Assembly: GCA_963924565.1 (NCBI GenBank)
Contig: OZ004614.1
Location: 8,556,001-8,620,000 of the forward strand
Direction of reading: 5' to 3'
Length of the DNA: 64,000 nucleotides
Origin: Ascidiella aspersa
Taxonomy: Eukaryota
This document shows positions 27,901-38,620 of the stretch, in pieces. Each line of letters starts with the position of its first letter. Position 1 is the first letter of the stretch. Under the pieces are notes generated by a model that was not told the DNA's origin, ran no database searches, and saw only the letters and a program-made list of their open reading frames with translations. Made by a program: the position numbers and the translations under genes.

Positions 27901-30900
27901 TAAATACGGTAGATGTTCAGCAATCCACTTATAGGGTTATCATATAATTCATCCACTCACAATAACTGGTTCGAAGATATCCACCATATTCTATTCCGCA
28001 TGTTACAAACTGCAATTGACGGCAATATTGGTTTTTGGTACTGCGCATGCGCACGTCGGACACGGGAATCTGTTAGTGTTACGTGGTCTGGTCTTACTCG
28101 AGTCTCGAGTCCGAATCCTTCGAGGCCCGAGTCCGACTCCGCACCCCTGGTCCTCAGTGAAACAACCCATTATTAGATGTTCTTGTCTTAAAAGTTGGCA
28201 TACTAATATCCTTAAAACCTAAAAATATGATTAAAAAATTTTCAAGAGACCAAGGGAACAAACTGTTCCAAGGGTCCTCTAATCGCCATTTTTAATAAAA
28301 ACACTCATGACTAGCCAGTACTCTGAACCAAATTAATTAAACTAACTTTCAACCTGTACCTAGATAACCCCTCTCTCCACAAAAAAATATTCACTGATTT
28401 ACAATTAACTTAAGACTATTAAAACAACTTACGAATGTCAAGCTACAAAGTACATTTTTCACTTTTTTTTTGTTTAGTACATTTTTCACCCACAAAAGTG
28501 AAAAATTGGATTAAATCACCCATTCCAAAAGCATGCTACAGAGTTTTTGGAAAAAGTTCTTAGCACAAAATCTCATCTCATTCCCTCAACCTAAATTTTA
28601 TTTAGTTCTGCCAACAGGGGGCGCAATATGCCATTGGTCCATTGGTCCCTATGTTCCATGGATCCAGCACTTCCCCTACGTGAAGGTTTCTATGTAATAT
28701 TAACAAATGATGCTCACGAGTGTCATATATCCCAGCCTTGGAAGTACGTTAATGAAAGATCAGCGATTGTTTTCTAACTTCTAGAAATCAAATCGCGAAT
28801 TCAATTTGTCGTACACTTTTCCAACACGACGGAGTGAAGCAGTTAATGCGTCGGTTTGGTCTGGCGATGGGGCTTCAGTGCTTGGATACACTCTCTTATC
28901 AAAGTAAGATTTGTCCGCATTACGCTTGACGAACTGATTTGCTCAATAAATATGTGATTATACATCTTCTTGTTTGACAAAATGTGAACATGTGTGAAGC
29001 TATCCTTATTTTGATCAACGGTGTTATACATACTTTTTATATTGGGATCCATAATGCAAACACATTAATATCCGGCTAATAATGTTTTAGATAGTAGGCC
29101 TACAGTTATAACTCTTGTCTTCTGAAGCAACTTTTATTGATTTAAACGAACTATGCAGACCCGTCGGAATAAAATGTTCAGAAGATGAAATTAAGACCGC
29201 AATGCGAACAATGATGCATATCATTTTGGGAGGTGATAAAGCAGGTAAATTAAGGTTTTGTATTTTAACATCTTTTAGTCCTACGTTCCACTTTTTCATT
29301 TAACGATGTGACTGAAAATCATTTTCGAATAAATTGTACGGCATATTTAAATCTAGTTAGAGAAGCAAAACAACTAAGTGTACAGAAAGCTTAAAACATT
29401 TCTGCGGATTTTACCAATAAATTCCTTGTAATTTGGCATTTTCGACAAACTGCCTCACTAATTACTTCACTCACGTGAATTTATTTCAAATTCCCAGTCT
29501 TTATATTATTTGATTTAGCTTAAATTAGACTAGGTCATATTGTCCAACATGGTTTACTGGAATGGAAAACCTTTTCCACTACGAAAACAACAAAGAAAAA
29601 ATCGTGTTCCATCGAATCTCCTGTTAAAGTTAATGAGAAACACCTCGGTTAATTCGCATTTATTTTTGGCTTTTTTGTCGATCCACCTCAAAAAAATTGA
29701 TGTAGATAAAAATGCCCTGCTTTTTTGTTGGGCGCTAAATTTTTAAAAGGAGTATTCTGTATCTTGTAAATTGCATGTTTTACTTTATTAAAGAAATCCT
29801 TGAGCGCGTTCGATCCAACTCGTGTAATCTCACAAGAGACGTCGCACATAATTACCCCTTCCCGTTGCCCACCCATTCTGAGGAAACCCTAATGAAAGAA
29901 GGTGGAAGATATTCAAAGGTGGAAAATGTATTCAAAACAGGAAATCAGGTGAGCCAAATACAACCACGAAATAATGCGCAGAGCCTGACATAAAAGCCCG
30001 TTTTTGGTTTACCAACATATTTTAGATCAGTTTTTCTTAATCGGGTGAATCGATCACCCCAGGGTGAATAAAATTTTTGCAGGGGTGAACCAACCAAATG
30101 GAGTGAATAAGGGTGTACTGTCAGAAATTGAGGATAATTCCAGGTGTTCTGCGGATATTCCGGGTGTTCTGTTATATATAGACGAGATAGTTTTATTGTA
30201 TACAAGGGTGAATGAAAAAGACAAGGGTGAATGAAATATGGAGATAAATGCTAGGGGTGAACAAAACTAAAAAAGTTTAAGAAGCACTGTTTTAGATCAT
30301 GTGAACTTAACTGCCGTCGAAATGCTGCACCAATATATTTATTCATTTTCAACTAAATTAAAAAATATGTAGATATACATTATTGTACAAATTATATACA
30401 ATGCGAAATATAATGAATTGTCAGGATTTTAACAAGTGCCCTACATTTTGTGTTATAAATTGTCACCACCAACACAGGCTAATGGTAATTTACCGTATCA
30501 AACCTTAGTTCAAGTCAAGTTAGTCATAAAACGAAATCAATAAAGTCAACGCAATTTAAATAGATGTTTTGCTTACAATTGCTTGAGACGTTACTCTTCT
30601 GCATTTCAGTTGTATTTCAAAATTGGTGACGAGCCTCGACAACTTGTTGTGTACAACAAAACTTACAGGTCAGTAAAATGTTGGCAAATAACGATACAAA
30701 TTGAATTGTCTCGACGAAAAACCAATCGCTCCGGAAGGAAAAGTCCATTGTGTATTTATTATGAGTTAACTGCAATTAATTTGGAGTTTGTTTAGAAAAG
30801 TGGCGTTGTCCTTTATTTGGATGATTTTGTCTTCAGCGGTATTATTTAAAGGTTTTGTTAGCTTTTGACTACCGCTGGTTTTCGTTAATCTATACCAAGA

Positions 30901-33900
30901 GTTCCTAAACTGTGGTCCATGAACCCCTTGGGGGTTCGCAAACTAGTTTTAGTGGACCCATAAGTACCTAATTGAAATATAGTGAATTATTAAGAAATAT
31001 TTAAAGTTTCAAATAAACAGTGTTGAATAAAAATTTAAACGTTTTAGAACTGACTGTATTTAGACTCTATTTTACTTTTACATTTTTGGACATAAATAAG
31101 TCTATCTATGAACTCTATTTGTATTGTGACGTCATTTTTGAAAAAAGTTTCGCCTAACGAAGCAAAACTAAATTTTAGGGGTCCGCAGCAAAAATGTTTA
31201 AGAAACCCTGATAAAAAAAATAAGTTTCTTAATTCTTTTTTTCAGAGGTCCATCGTATACATTTGCAACCTTTGCTGTACATCCGTTTACAGCAGTCTTT
31301 CTTCTAAATGAAAAATCGGGTCCTCAACATTACTCAATAGAGGTGTGCAAAACACGTTTTTCGATTGCATTTCATCATTTAGTCAACGTAGTCTTAGCGT
31401 TTACCTATTTCGTCTGGATGACTTTGTCAAATTTACAGGTGGTCTCCGAATTCGAAACAAAAGTCCGTGGCTTGTTTGAGACGTTCGAAGGCTCGGTTTT
31501 CTTTCAAAACTACACTCTCAAGTATCGAGGCACGCAACTGTCCTCCAAAAAGGATCCAACGGCTTGCGAAGTTTACTTTTTCCTGCCGCTCACTCCAGTA
31601 AGTGGTAGCTGGGCCCAACTAGGGATGTCTGATTAATTATTTTTTGCTACTCGGCAAGTTGGATAAAAAGTATCGCGATCTTATCCCATACCGAATAACT
31701 TCATTACTATTATCAAATAAGCGATATAGTTGAAAATGTAATAAGATTTCTTCCAGTTTTTTTTGTCATGATTTGCTTTTAGATAAGATGTTTTAGTTAC
31801 CTCCAGTCGCGAACCAACTTTTTTTAAAGTGCACCTTTCAAGGTTAAAATCGAGTACATTGCGGTTATAATTTTAATAGGCCAAACTTGGAGAGTATTCT
31901 GGATAGCTAACAGGAAAGGCTTTTGGGAAACACTTTTTGTTCCGCTTCAGAATTCAAACCGCACTCTCGTCCTGTGGCCAAAAGAGCGCGAAATTCCTTC
32001 GTATAAACATGGAAGGAAAACAGAAAATCTTGCTTTTGTCCGATCGGGAGGCGGCAAGGCCGTGTTCGGATATACTCTTCTTTCGAAGTAAGTTTCTCAT
32101 ATGTGACTAAAATTTAACGGTTCTAAGCGTTTTGTTGACAACAGTCCGTGTAAATAATTTTTCAGTCAAAATGGCTCTGCTCAGAAGGTAAGGGTGGTAA
32201 GAGTGGTAGGCTACGACGTCCGCAGCAGGCACAATAGGAAAACGCAGTTTCTTAAAAAAAGGATTTTTGTTAAGAAACAGGGGTAGCTATTTCATGAGAT
32301 TGAAGGGAACGGTAGTCGTGAAATATAATCTACAAGCTAAAGATAAACAAAATTTAATTTTCTCTTTAACCAAATTTAAATAAACTCACACAAAATGCAT
32401 TGTTACTCCTTGCTTATCTGTTCTTGAAAGCACCCAATTAAACATTTAAACAAAGTTATATCCATTCATAGCAGGTGCATTCATGTTACTCGTTTGTTTC
32501 TAAATAAGTGCTGTTACGTTGAGAAATAATGGTTGCTCGACCAACGATATATCAACTTCGCAGGCCTTCTGGTGAGAAAATAGCCATAAAAGAAATCAAT
32601 GAGACGATGTTTGCCATGATTCATATCCTTGTGGGAGCTGATTACTCAGGTAAAGTCGCTCGTGTTACGCTATACATATGTTTGTGTACAAGTTTTGACA
32701 ATCAGTCAATATATACGTGCTTTCATGTAATTACTTAGTTGCTAGATAATAATATATACCGGTGCATTGCTAGATAATACTGGTACACTTTAGCCGCGTG
32801 TCTACATTAATGGGTAAATTAAAATAAAAAAAGAATACAATCTACATTTAATTTACATTGCTACATGTCGTTTATTTGGTGTTTTTTATTTGAATTATTG
32901 CTTAGAATCGGACGAACCAATTTTAATGTAGTTTTGTTTTATTGTTATATCGGTGATTTGACTTTGAGTTGACTTGCTATAATAATAATGAATTGACTTG
33001 GACTTTATTTTGGAAACTGGTGACTTGGACTCCGATTTGACTACGAATTAAAGACCCGACTTGATCTTAAGGCATTTCACGAATGGCCTGACTGAGACTA
33101 TATTCAGTTTGAAATGACTTGTTTACAACTCTGTAGATTGAAAATCATATTTTTTGCACAATTATCCGCTACATCTTGAAATTAAAAATAAATGATCCAT
33201 ACTCTGCACATCTATAATTATAAACTAGGCCTATACCATATAAATTATCGCCTTAAAAGAGGCCAATTTTGTACACACATTGCAAATGGAATTTTACTTC
33301 AGCAAAGGAACACAAGATAACAAGGCAGATTATTTAGGAAATTCACAACATAAATATTGGATGTTTCCATTAATTTGTCAATGGCAAACATTCATAAAAA
33401 TTATGCCGAAAAATCGCACAGAAAATTTATTTCGTTAAAAAGACTAACAAGAAAACGCAAATTGCAAAACGATGACATTTTTTTTAGTGTCCTCCAAAGA
33501 CCATGCATTTTTTTGAAAAAGAGGACATATGTTATACCTATCATAGATAAACCTATGTGCAGTATACAATTTATTTATACAATTAGGTTTCATTTTGTTG
33601 AAGTTGGATTATTAAACTGGTTGCGAGATAACTATTGATTGTTGGTAAAATGTTATATCAAATTAAGTTTGGAGTCGTTGGACATCTTGGTCGGCCAGCC
33701 CTATCAGTTGTCGCGTGTACGGGATCCAAATAAGAAGCCGAAGTTGCACCAGCGGCCCATGTCTGCAAACTTCCATCACTTACCAAACCCAAAGTCGTCC
33801 ATTCAGTGGTTTAAAATGCGTCGCTAAAGGTATGCATTAGTTTATTCTGTGCAAATCGAACCATTTTGTTGGTGAACGATTATTGACAGATAATTTGTAC

Positions 33901-36489
33901 CTTTAAACTTCAGAGTTTTCAAGGAAGAAAACTATAGCATAATAAAATCAAGTCATTCAGTTTATTTCAAAGCTATCGTTTCCCCAAATGTGAAGCAAGG
34001 GTTGAAATATATTTGACATAGGAGTATCGTTACCAAAAATCGTATTGCTTTAGAATTGTTCGAGCGCTTTTTAAAGATGTCGTTCAGTCTTAGACGGCAA
34101 ATCGACAATTTTCACTTGTATGAGTTTCCGAGATTTCGGAGAGGATCAGCAACTGTAATATATGACGGAGGAAGGGATATGTTTGACGTAGGAAATAAGG
34201 CAAGTGCCGTGTTCTTATATAATGTGTGTGAGAAATACTGTTATAAAAAATGTTTTAGATTTTAGAGCATTTTTTAGTATGGCGTTTCGGGTTGCTTATT
34301 CTTACTGTTCTATGAAATAGGTATTATCGTGACTTCATAGTTAATTAAGGATAATCTAACTACCGTGCCGTACCAACCACCGGTTCAGCTTCTGCACTTC
34401 TGCACCAGAAAAAAGCCCCCACATTGCTAGACTCTGTTGTAAAATATATATGACTTCTAACATAATAGACCTGGTAGATTTTGATTTATAAATAGTACAG
34501 AGATAGTACTTTGTAGCTTTTTCTTTATCGTTTATTAATTGTTAATTTTTGACGATATAAAAATACAGCGTGTCCTAAAATAAATAGAATATTACATTTT
34601 AATACCAAAACAAAACTCGTTTAACTTGGTAACATTTTATGTGAGCTCATATAATGAAATCTTGAGTTCAACTGAGTTATGAAAAAGTTAGGGCTATAAA
34701 TGACTTTAGCTATAAATAACAGTAAGGAATCAAGACACGGGGTTCTAAACTAATAATTTGTATTTATTACTGCTAAAAACTGATTTTATACCTAACAAAA
34801 ATATCTTAACTGAATACTATTGTATATGGGAGCCACATACTAGAGTTTGTAGTGGACCCCAACTGGCGAAGATACGGCTCTGCCTAAGTCTGAGTTTTGA
34901 AATAAACGAACCGATATGATTCTGTGATGTTGTTGTCATAAATAAAATCCCCTCAGCAACCCATCTGCATGGTGCAACTGGGAGCTGTCTTGGACAGAAT
35001 ATATACATTAAATATGCAACAGATGCAATCAGGTATATTGTTACTGTTTTTTTTTTTCATTCTCTGTCCTCAATAACTTACACGAATATTAAATAACTCC
35101 GCGACATTTATCTATACTTTTGAAAAAATATATTCATATACAACTTTTAATGTTCAGCAATAAAGTTATATTTCCAGGTTTACTTCAAAGTGGGAAATGC
35201 GAGACGTCAACAAGCAATTTACGACAGAAGATACTCGTAAATATGTTAATTTTATTAGTGGTTGTCCCTTTAAAACATGTAGCATACCTTTTTTTTTTAA
35301 ATTATTATCAGAGGTGCATCGTACATTTTTGAAACCTTCACCGCACATCCGTTCACCGCATTTTTTGTTATTGATTTTGAAGCCGGGCCAGGGCAATACT
35401 CTATAGAGGTAACATTGATGAAGGAGAGATAAGGACTTTGTTCGAAAACGACCTTCTTAATTTAGCCTAAAAATAACGATTCTCTGCACTTTGAAAGGTA
35501 AATTCAAATCTCGGAGCTGATGGAAGGGGCAAGTTTGGTACTTTTGATGGTTTACTTATTTTCCAAAACATTATCTTGCAATATGGTGGCGCCCAAGTGT
35601 ATTCTGCCGGCGATGCAACAGTTTGCGAGGTGTACTTTTACCTGCCCCTCACTGGAGTAAGTATATTCGAATTCTTAGCCAATTGTTTAACGATGTTTTT
35701 TATCTGAAAAATTAAATCATAATGTCTGCTAATAATTTCTGAAAGCGACAAAAACTATTTGCCTATTCGGCAAATTTTCTAAATAATTTTAATTTCCCGT
35801 TAATAGGACCAATTAAGTTTGTCTATCAAAATTTTAATCCCAAATATATTGTGCTTTGAAAAAGTTCGGCCATGTTGATTATGCTTGATGATACTACAAA
35901 TTTAGTGTTTGATACCTGGTAGGCTACACCAGAATTTCAATAATTGGTATTTGTCATTAAATTAGCAGGCAAAAAGGCCAGACATTGGAGTAGTTAATGA
36001 TTTCGTTCCACTTCCTACCCTGGTGGGATATATTTTAAGTTGGTTAAATCATATTTAAACATTCCGTGAAAAACGCTGGTTTTGCTTTCAGGATACGAGC
36101 CCCAAACTAATTGTGTCAACACCTGATCGAAAGAAGTATTATATGAAAAACAAAGCGTCAGTTCAATCCAAAAGTGGTCTAGCTGTTCTCGGATACACTC
36201 TCTTGTCAAAGTGAGAATTGCACTTTAACAAATAAAATCAAACCAATAAAAAGTTGCATCAACTGAAGAACTTAATAAAAAAATGTCATCACTGTTTGTA
36301 TACCCTAATTACACTCAATACTAAATATATGCCACTCGTTTTCTAAGAAAAAGCCAAAGTACGTTCATTTGCTTGTCTATTTGGAATGTAACTCAAAACT
36401 TTATCCTTTGCAGAACTGATGGTGCTGAAATTTCCAAAGAAGAAATCAAGGCAACTATGTCTAAAATGATGAAAATTATTTTGATTTAG
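9930..36489 (+). CDS. Large multi-exon gene: six copies of an unnamed ~220-aa domain plus three TSR (thrombospondin type-1) modules; probably secreted; start codon not resolved
   Basis: Forty AG..GT(GC)-bounded exons splice into one open frame ending at TAG 36487-36489 (about 1,490 codons from 12199). A 36-nt phase 1-1 exon at 9930-9965 (xFASETTATFAK) precedes R1. Each repeat uses six exons with intron phases 1-0-2-0-0-2-1. The third exon is 97 nt in all six repeats; the last is 86 nt in five. Shared motifs: YNKTY, HPFTAxF, NYTLxYxG, CEVYFxLPLT, GYTLLSK, EIxxTMxxMxHIILG. Confidence 0.88.
10767..11238. mobile_element. hAT-type MITE
   Basis: TIR CAGTGATTCTCAACC..GGTTGAGAATCACTG, TSD gtttatat/ggttatat, GCGGCTC subterminal repeats. 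Confidence 0.85.
12199..15076 (+). CDS. Repeat module R1 of the + strand gene
   Basis: Exons 12199-12329, 13226-13281, 13961-14057, 14164-14328, 14656-14795, 14991-15076: DVVERLRSNSANLTGNVENF..AIYNKTYT..TPFTALFLL..NYTMQYGG..CEVYFFMPLFP..AVLGYILLSK..MMTMMHIILDGDRS. Confidence 0.85.
15245..15996. mobile_element. hAT (Buster/Charlie-like) non-autonomous element, same family as 53855-54586
   Basis: Ends CAGTGGTCGGC..GTTGCCGACCCCTG, perfect TSD ttctaggg, GCGGGCC subterminal repeats. Confidence 0.88.
16773..19054 (+). CDS. Repeat module R2
   Basis: Exons 16773-16909, 17237-17295, 17883-17979, 18077-18238, 18438-18556, 18969-19054: EIFQRIRSN..AYNKTYT..HPMTAMYFL..NYTLKYEG..CEVYFYLPLTS..AVIGYTLLSK..MLTMLHIILGVDQS. 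Confidence 0.85.
19340..19498 (+). CDS. TSR module T1 (single phase 1-1 exon)
   Basis: VASTWTTWSADGSSCRQKGTQSRTRNCTSGHCLKTSNIVEVQKRPCSAPAWVE: WxxW, QxRxRxC and a terminal Cys as in TSP1 repeats; flanked by ttag and gtaag. Confidence 0.85.
20107..24136 (+). CDS. Repeat module R3
   Basis: Exons 20107-20234, 21732-21790, 22158-22254, 22753-22911, 23601-23719, 24051-24136: GIFKRVRAN..VYFKVG..RPFTAMFVL..NYTLQF..CEVYYLLPLTS..AVFGYTLLSK..MMSMMHLILGIDQQ. Confidence 0.85.
20885..21669. mobile_element. hAT-type MITE with a nested Helitron-like repeat (21045-21295)
   Basis: Ends CAGTGTTTCGTAACC..GGTTGAGGAACGCTG, perfect TSD ctatatag. Confidence 0.75.
21898..22093. mobile_element. hAT-type MITE (related fragment at ~27850-28149)
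   Basis: TIR CAGGGCTGCGGAGTCGG..CCGACTCCGCAGCCCTG, TSD acttgagc/acttaagc. Confidence 0.85.
24598..24756 (+). CDS. TSR module T2 (single phase 1-1 exon)
   Basis: VWSHWSQWSSCPDNCPGQQTQIRLRSCIIGPCPQNNSRVERETRPCSIPVWVA: canonical WxxWxxWxxC...QxRxRxC...ExRxC. Confidence 0.9.
25160..29244 (+). CDS. Repeat module R4
   Basis: Exons 25160-25299, 26069-26127, 26241-26337, 26410-26562, 28785-28903, 29159-29244: EIFERFLS..AIYNRKYT..HPFGAMFLL..NYTMKYGG..CKILFFLPLTT..VLGYTLLSK..MRTMMHIILGGDKA. Confidence 0.85.
26801..26963 (+). repeat. Fold-back inverted repeat with a hammerhead-like core in its loop
   Basis: atctaagactgtttat..aaatttttacagaa..tatttcgcc pairs with ggcgaaaaata..ttctgtaaaattt..ataaacagtcttagat; CTGACGA-T-GCCT(TAT)AGGC-GAAA at 26891-26913. 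Confidence 0.6.
27369..28676. mobile_element. TIR element flanked by TA, containing a nested MITE fragment
   Basis: ta-GGGGAGGTGCGGGACCCATGGAAC .. GTTCCATGGATCCAGCACTTCCCC-ta. Confidence 0.7.
29794..32649 (+). CDS. Repeat module R5
   Basis: Exons 29794-29948, 30610-30668, 31246-31342, 31439-31597, 31951-32087, 32564-32649: EILERVRSN..VYNKTYR..HPFTAVFLL..NYTLKYRG..CEVYFFLPLTP..AVFGYTLLSK..MFAMIHILVGADYS. Confidence 0.85.
30028..30289. mobile_element. hAT-type MITE
   Basis: Ends CAGTTTTTCTTAA..TTAAGAAGCACTG, perfect TSD ttttagat, GGGTGAA repeats. Confidence 0.8.
33668..33829 (+). CDS. TSR module T3 (single phase 1-1 exon, divergent)
   Basis: VWSRWTSWSASPISCRVYGIQIRSRSCTSGPCLQTSITYQTQSRPFSGLKCVAK. 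Confidence 0.82.
34054..36489 (+). CDS. Repeat module R6 (C-terminal, ends at stop)
   Basis: Exons 34054-34199 (GC donor), 35178-35236, 35312-35408, 35498-35656, 36092-36210, 36414-36489: ..IYDGGRDMFDVGNK..HPFTAFF..SNLGADGRG..VYSAGDATVCEVYFYLPLTG..AVLGYTLLSK..MSKMMKIILI*. Confidence 0.85.
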
Positions 36490-38620
36490 GAGTAAGATAA
36501 CAATTGTGTACAAAATCTTAGCGTAGTAAACCAATCATTTTAAAATGCCTTAAGTCTCAAGTCTCGTCTTTATTCAAGTCTTTTTAAAAAAAATAACAAG
36601 TCTCTGTCCAAGGCAACCATTTGATTACGTCCCAGTCACCCCATTATTAGAGAAAAGTCCACTTCAAGTCCTTGCCATAAGAATACAAAGTTAAACTATT
36701 AAAATTTGCAAAATCATCTGTGTGAGCAATATATCAACTAAAAATAACCCATAAAAATCATACAGCAAGCAAATTGTTTATGTGTAAATGTTAAGATAAA
36801 ATTCCTCAACTTTATAAAAACTTGTTTAATCAAAATATCTTATTTCAACCTGTTTGTTGGAAAGATCCAGTCTGCAGGCTTACAACATGCCTTTTCACAT
36901 TGAAATTTATTTATACACACTGATAAATAGGCTTAAAACGACCATAAAACAACGTTTTAAGGTTTAACTAAACGGACTAATCACTGAAATAAAAATACTA
37001 ACAGTCATTTCAATTTTGCTTTAGCTTATGTGGTGTTTGTTTTGACTGAATTGATCTTCTAAACATAACTTTGTTTGTTTTTCTGAATTAAAGAAAGAAT
37101 ACGGTAACAATTAGGATTATAAAAAAATTGAATGCAAGTCAACCAACAAAGCTTCTTATTATGCTTATTGCTCGCGCTTACCATCCTTGTATTGCAGTAG
37201 TTTTGCGACATTTTGTTTTTATTGAATTTTGCTATAAACATGACAACCAAATGTCATGGATTCTCTGTATTTTAACACGAAGCAAAGTATATCGGACGAT
37301 GATGCAACAAAATGTTTGTGGTGAAAATTGAATCTATGTTTAACGGTTTATTAAAGAGTATGTTGAAAATCCCTTTATAAAGACAAAGAATTTTAAAACG
37401 TAGGCCTCCTTCGCACTTTTTGTACGAAATAGTTATGTAGCAAAAAACTAAATCTGTTAAGTACAATTTTGTTGTTCAAGGAGCTGCCAAAGCTTTCAAA
37501 AGTGAGTTTGGAATAATCTATTGCTATACTAGTTGGTACCAGCCCAAACTAGATTTTTTATGTTACTGTTTCGTAGGGGATTTTCGCAGTAACATACTTG
37601 AACTAGCTAAAACCGGTGATTTAACCTCAGTTTGGGTGCGCAAAGAAATTAGCAAATCTTAAAGAATGGTCAAGTTACCGGTACCATTTTTTACGATAGT
37701 CAACATTTTAAGTAGTATTAGTTTTAAATGGATATATTAAGAACCAAAATATTTTAGAGAATTTTAGTTATAATATTGTCTTAAAGGAAATAAATAAGCA
37801 AATACTTAAAAAAAATTTTTAAAAATGGATTTTTCAGCAGCAACACATTGGAAGTTAGTTGTTGTTGTCAACATTTTCCGAAAATAAGTTCCTGTGCAAG
37901 GTTTATTTTCCTAATATGTTAGAACCATCTCACATAGGATACAACAACTATTTAGGAAATGTAAAAGACATTACCAATTTTCGCGAATTCTGAAAAAACA
38001 CAGTTTTACGTTTTATCTAAAAAATATTATTAACTAATTTTAAAAATCATTTTTTTTAAAAAGCTTTTTAGGAAATGTTTGCCTCTTTTAGGCAAAACTT
38101 GTAAGCGCCTAAAACCAAAAGCCTAATTCCTTTTATTAGACTTGTTAGGTGCTGTTACAGAACTAAAAAATCTTTACATATATAAAACCTCTTGCAACAA
38201 AACTGATTCGTGCAAATCTGGATGAAGATAAAAGGCATACAGCTATACATAATTTGCGTGTAAAATGTATATTATAAATGAGATAACAGTACAAAATGAA
38301 TGATGCGTAGAGCCTACATGTAGAAAATACATCGGAATCATTAAAATGATTAGACGGCCGCCACAATATATACAAAAATATAACGAACAGGGCAACTATA
38401 ATTTAAAAACCATCAAATGTTCTTCACCTATAGTGTCATTACCCCTGAGGATTCATATTTTAAAAAATTATAACTATTTGACCTTGCAACTAACTATGCT
38501 AAACCTATGCCAATAAAATCGCCAAATTACTATATTATGCGAAATTATCTATATCAGCGATCCAATATAAACTGGGTGATTGTCAGGTTTCGGCGATGTT
38601 ATAAACCATTGTAACATAGC

